Positions 60,941 to 64,000 of a stretch of 64,000 bases of DNA are shown one piece after another. The DNA lies in the NCBI GenBank assembly GCA_964016885.1, contig OZ024765.1, positions 18,848,001-18,912,000 of the forward strand, read 5' to 3'. Position 1 is the first letter of the stretch, and the number at the start of each line of letters is the position of its first letter. Position numbers and translations under genes: made by a program. Source of the stretch: Eledone cirrhosa (taxonomy: Eukaryota). The notes beneath the pieces are model-generated. The model searched no databases. It had not been told where the DNA came from and saw nothing but the letters and a program-made list of their open reading frames with translations.

Positions 60941-63900
60941 CTTTCTAGTAACAACACTAAGAAACCCATGAACGCCACCACGTCCTAAATCTAACTCTGC
61001 GATCGTCATATCAAATCGAAATACTTCACCAACTGTGGAAGATGAAGGATTGAAGAACTATGATATATAGCGAAGAGGCTTGTCTCCAGAACATTTAGTA
61101 AGGTGTAAGCCAAGGGTTGCCAAATATTTTGGCGTCATTTCCCACATTCACATGATAAAATGTTCCACCAGCCACCTGTATAGTAAATATTCCAAAGTAT
61201 ACCAAATATGTTTCGTAAATGTTTGTTCCTGGTTTAATTTTCCCAATTAGCTTCCTGATTTTTATTCAGGTTCTTTGAATAGGTTTTCGGGTAGCATACC
61301 TTCTTAAATCTCAAAATTCTATATCGGCCACCAAAGTTTCCAATGGCCCTCAATTTTCTGTTCATCTGCTCATCGTCCACCCAACAGTTGAAACCGCCCA
61401 GTTGAGGAACCCCTGTGGGTAAGCTACATATTAATCGAGAGGAGGAGGTGACTATTATAATTTTTATAAGTAATAATCTTTTAAAGACAAGAGGAAATTT
61501 CATCATTAAAATCATAAATATATGTCTACAGAATACAATACAGATTATCAAAATGAAATTAAAAGCAAGTAAATCAGGGGCCACTAAACTTTACATATTT
61601 AGTTGTATTTCTATCGTGAAAAATGTTGATCTTCAGATATTAGATTATGGCGGCTGTAATTGTCTTTGTGTTTACGTGTTTGTTTGAAATCCTATTTTAA
61701 TGTTCGTCTCTCTTTAAACATCGTTTATAGTTTGTTAAAATTAATTTTAGATTATTCGTACCTCGTCTGTGTGGTTTATTTTGATGTAGCGTCCCTGTCT
61801 TGTTTATTTTTGGTTACATTTTAAATGTGAAATACAGGACCATCAGACATTAAAATGAAATGTTACGTAAAACACACACCTTGTGTTTATTCCAGGTATT
61901 TAGATAGATGTCCAGATGTCCACTGACAACAAAATAATACAATCATCTAGTTAAACTTGGTAATAATCCAGGTTCGTTGCAGTCACCATTCACCAATGGT
62001 TAGAAAGAATCAAAAACAAAAACAAAAGACGTATTCAGCAGTTAATGAAGTGAAAACAAAATAAAAACAACTTTACTGAATAAAATTCATTTCTTAATTT
62101 CAATAAGGTTTTTTGTTCTTTCTTTTATAAAAAAAAAAAAATGTTAATTAAAATATGTTGAATATAATATGGGACATTACTACAACGTACAACATTATTA
62201 GTTCAAATCTTACTTAATAAAAGCAACAAATACGCAGTTATTAGTATAAAACATAACGGAAATCGAACCCTAAATCAGGATCTCCACCGTCTCTAGCGCT
62301 TACCATTAGGCCACAGGGACGGTTACAAAAATGCATTGAAAATTAATATTTACTTACCTATACTAGAAAAAACCGGAAGTGGAGAAAATTGAAAAACTTC
62401 TTCTTTTTCTTCCTCTGATTTTTGCCACGAACGATAACTCGTCTCTGACTTAAATCCAAATTTTGGTTAAAAAAAAATCAGAGGAAGAAAAAGAAGATGT
62501 TTTTCAATTTTCTCCACTTCCGGTTTTTTCTAGTAATGAAAAAGTAGGTTTATAAATATCAATTTTCAGTAAGTTTCTGTAACCGTCCCCTTAGCCTAGT
62601 GGTAAGTATAAGAGCCGGTGGAGGTCCAGGTCCGGGTTTCAATCACTGGCAGTGTGTCGTATTATATTTTTTATAGTATAAAACAAAAATAAAAAAGTAA
62701 CTTTATAAATATTAATTTTCACGCTGTTTTTATATCTGTCTCCGTGGCCTAATGGTAGGTATTAGAGACGGTGGTGAACCTGCTCGGGGTTTCGATCTCA
62801 GTCAAAATCTATAGATAATAATTTCATTTTTTACTTTGCTAGAGAAAAATTTAAATTTAAAAATATATAGTACAAATTCGGACTGAGATTGAACACCACA
62901 TCAGTGTCTACATAGTCTCTAACACCTACCATTAGGCCAACGAAACAGATACAAGAACATAAGAAAAAATTAATATTTATAAACCTACTTTCAATTTCAA
63001 AGCAAAATAGATGTGCTGGCGTTCATGGCTTTCTCATTCTTATTTCTACTATAATCGGGTCAATGTTTACATTTATTCTTCTGGGGCTTTCATAAAATAT
63101 ATTTTCACTTTCTTTCGGGTTCATTAGATCCTACAACGACCTTCTTTATGGTCATAGCTGATTATTAAATATATACGGGAGAGTGTGTGTGTGTGTATTA
63201 GATCTTGCCGTGATGTACTCAGCAATAATGGTTTTCAATTCCGTCGTCCCTCCATCCTTGGTGTGTATATAAATATATATGCGATTTTAACGTACAACGG
63301 CGACAATATATAAATCTGTTTTGTTTTATAATAATTAGATAAATCTAATTCTACAACCCCTGTTAAACATTGAAAACACGACTATAAAATATAGCAACAA
63401 CCACGACATAACAGTCTCTGGTTAAATATGATTTAATGAAATTATTGCTAGAGATTGATCCCTAATATTTTATCTCACTCCTTAACCAGGGAGGAAAGGT
63501 CCTCAGACTCGGACAATGTTGATAAGGAGAGCAGAGTGTATCCTTATTTGTCACGTCTTTCCAGTTGTCACGGTATATAAAAGGCAGTAGTACTAGTCAC
63601 TCCTGCGAAAGACGTTCTCAGTTAGCCTTCTGTAACGAGAGAAAAATGTCGTGGCTTTTTTCCTCCCTATCACATAATTCATACATTTGTCATCCTTTAG
63701 ATATCAATATACAAGAGAAAGAAGAAAATTGAGAACTTCGGTCTTTTAAAAGTAACATTTATTACATTAGAGCAAAATCTTGCATTAACAATATTTTGTG
63801 ATACTAAACATGGAATGGACAAAGAGATTATTAGAAGAAGGGCAATTGTCTCTATCTTAAACGTCAATACATTCTACAGAAAATCGAAATGAGAATAATT

Positions 63901-64000
63901 ACAGAGATACTTTACAAAATGTTCCGCGATATGGTTCAGGTTATTTTGTAGTAATATGCAGCTATATTTATACATGTCTCTTATACCCCCCCCCCCCCAC
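60941..64000 (+). repeat. Array unit 14 (partial, cut by window end; several private indels)
   Basis: Starts at unit marker; private deletions near 61277, 61428 and 63137. Confidence 0.95.
63889..63951 (+). CDS. Candidate micropeptide copy, unit 14
   Basis: Same peptide; TTC/CAG codons as in units 1 and 3. Confidence 0.38.
   Translation: MRIITEILYKMFRDMVQVIL

Larger units (their letters stand above)
1313..64000 (+). repeat. Tandem array of ~4.6-kb units (13 complete + 1 partial), running to the window end
   Basis: Marker c(t/a)ttctagtaacaacact recurs at 1313, 5954, 10492, 15119, 19659, 24219, 28797, 33351, 37959, 42574, 47217, 51793, 56377 and 60941; the ORF track repeats with the same period. 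Confidence 0.99.

Noticed and set aside
1313-64000. CRISPR, rDNA/5S or histone gene array
   Set aside because: No short repeat-spacer pattern, rRNA sequence or histone ORFs in the unit.

Overview
AT-rich eukaryotic DNA, probably a coleoid cephalopod (Octopus-like), judged from SINE motifs I recall from Octopus genomes and have not database-checked. Positions 1-1312 are unique flank holding a ~96-nt hairpin and a (CA)n tract. From 1313 to the end is a head-to-tail array of 13 full and 1 partial near-identical units of 4.54-4.64 kb. Each unit contains, in order: (i) a decayed Merlin/IS1595-like transposase relic on the minus strand; (ii) module B, a three-exon gene-like structure; (iii) a cassette of four TATA-preceded tRNA-like (A/B-box) repeats in -,+,+,- orientation around a near-perfect ~60-bp-arm palindrome; (iv) module A, with a TATA promoter, a non-coding exon 1, an exon 2 carrying a small ORF intact in all 14 copies (MRIITEILYKMFRDMVQ...), an intron with a CR1 LINE relic, and a terminal exon with AATAAA signals; (v) SINE remnants. 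Modules A and B look like old paralogues. No long protein-coding gene, real tRNA, rRNA or CRISPR array is present, and nearly all supplied ORFs are artefacts. The micropeptide gene model and the tRNA-like cassette are inferences made by eye and need expression data.
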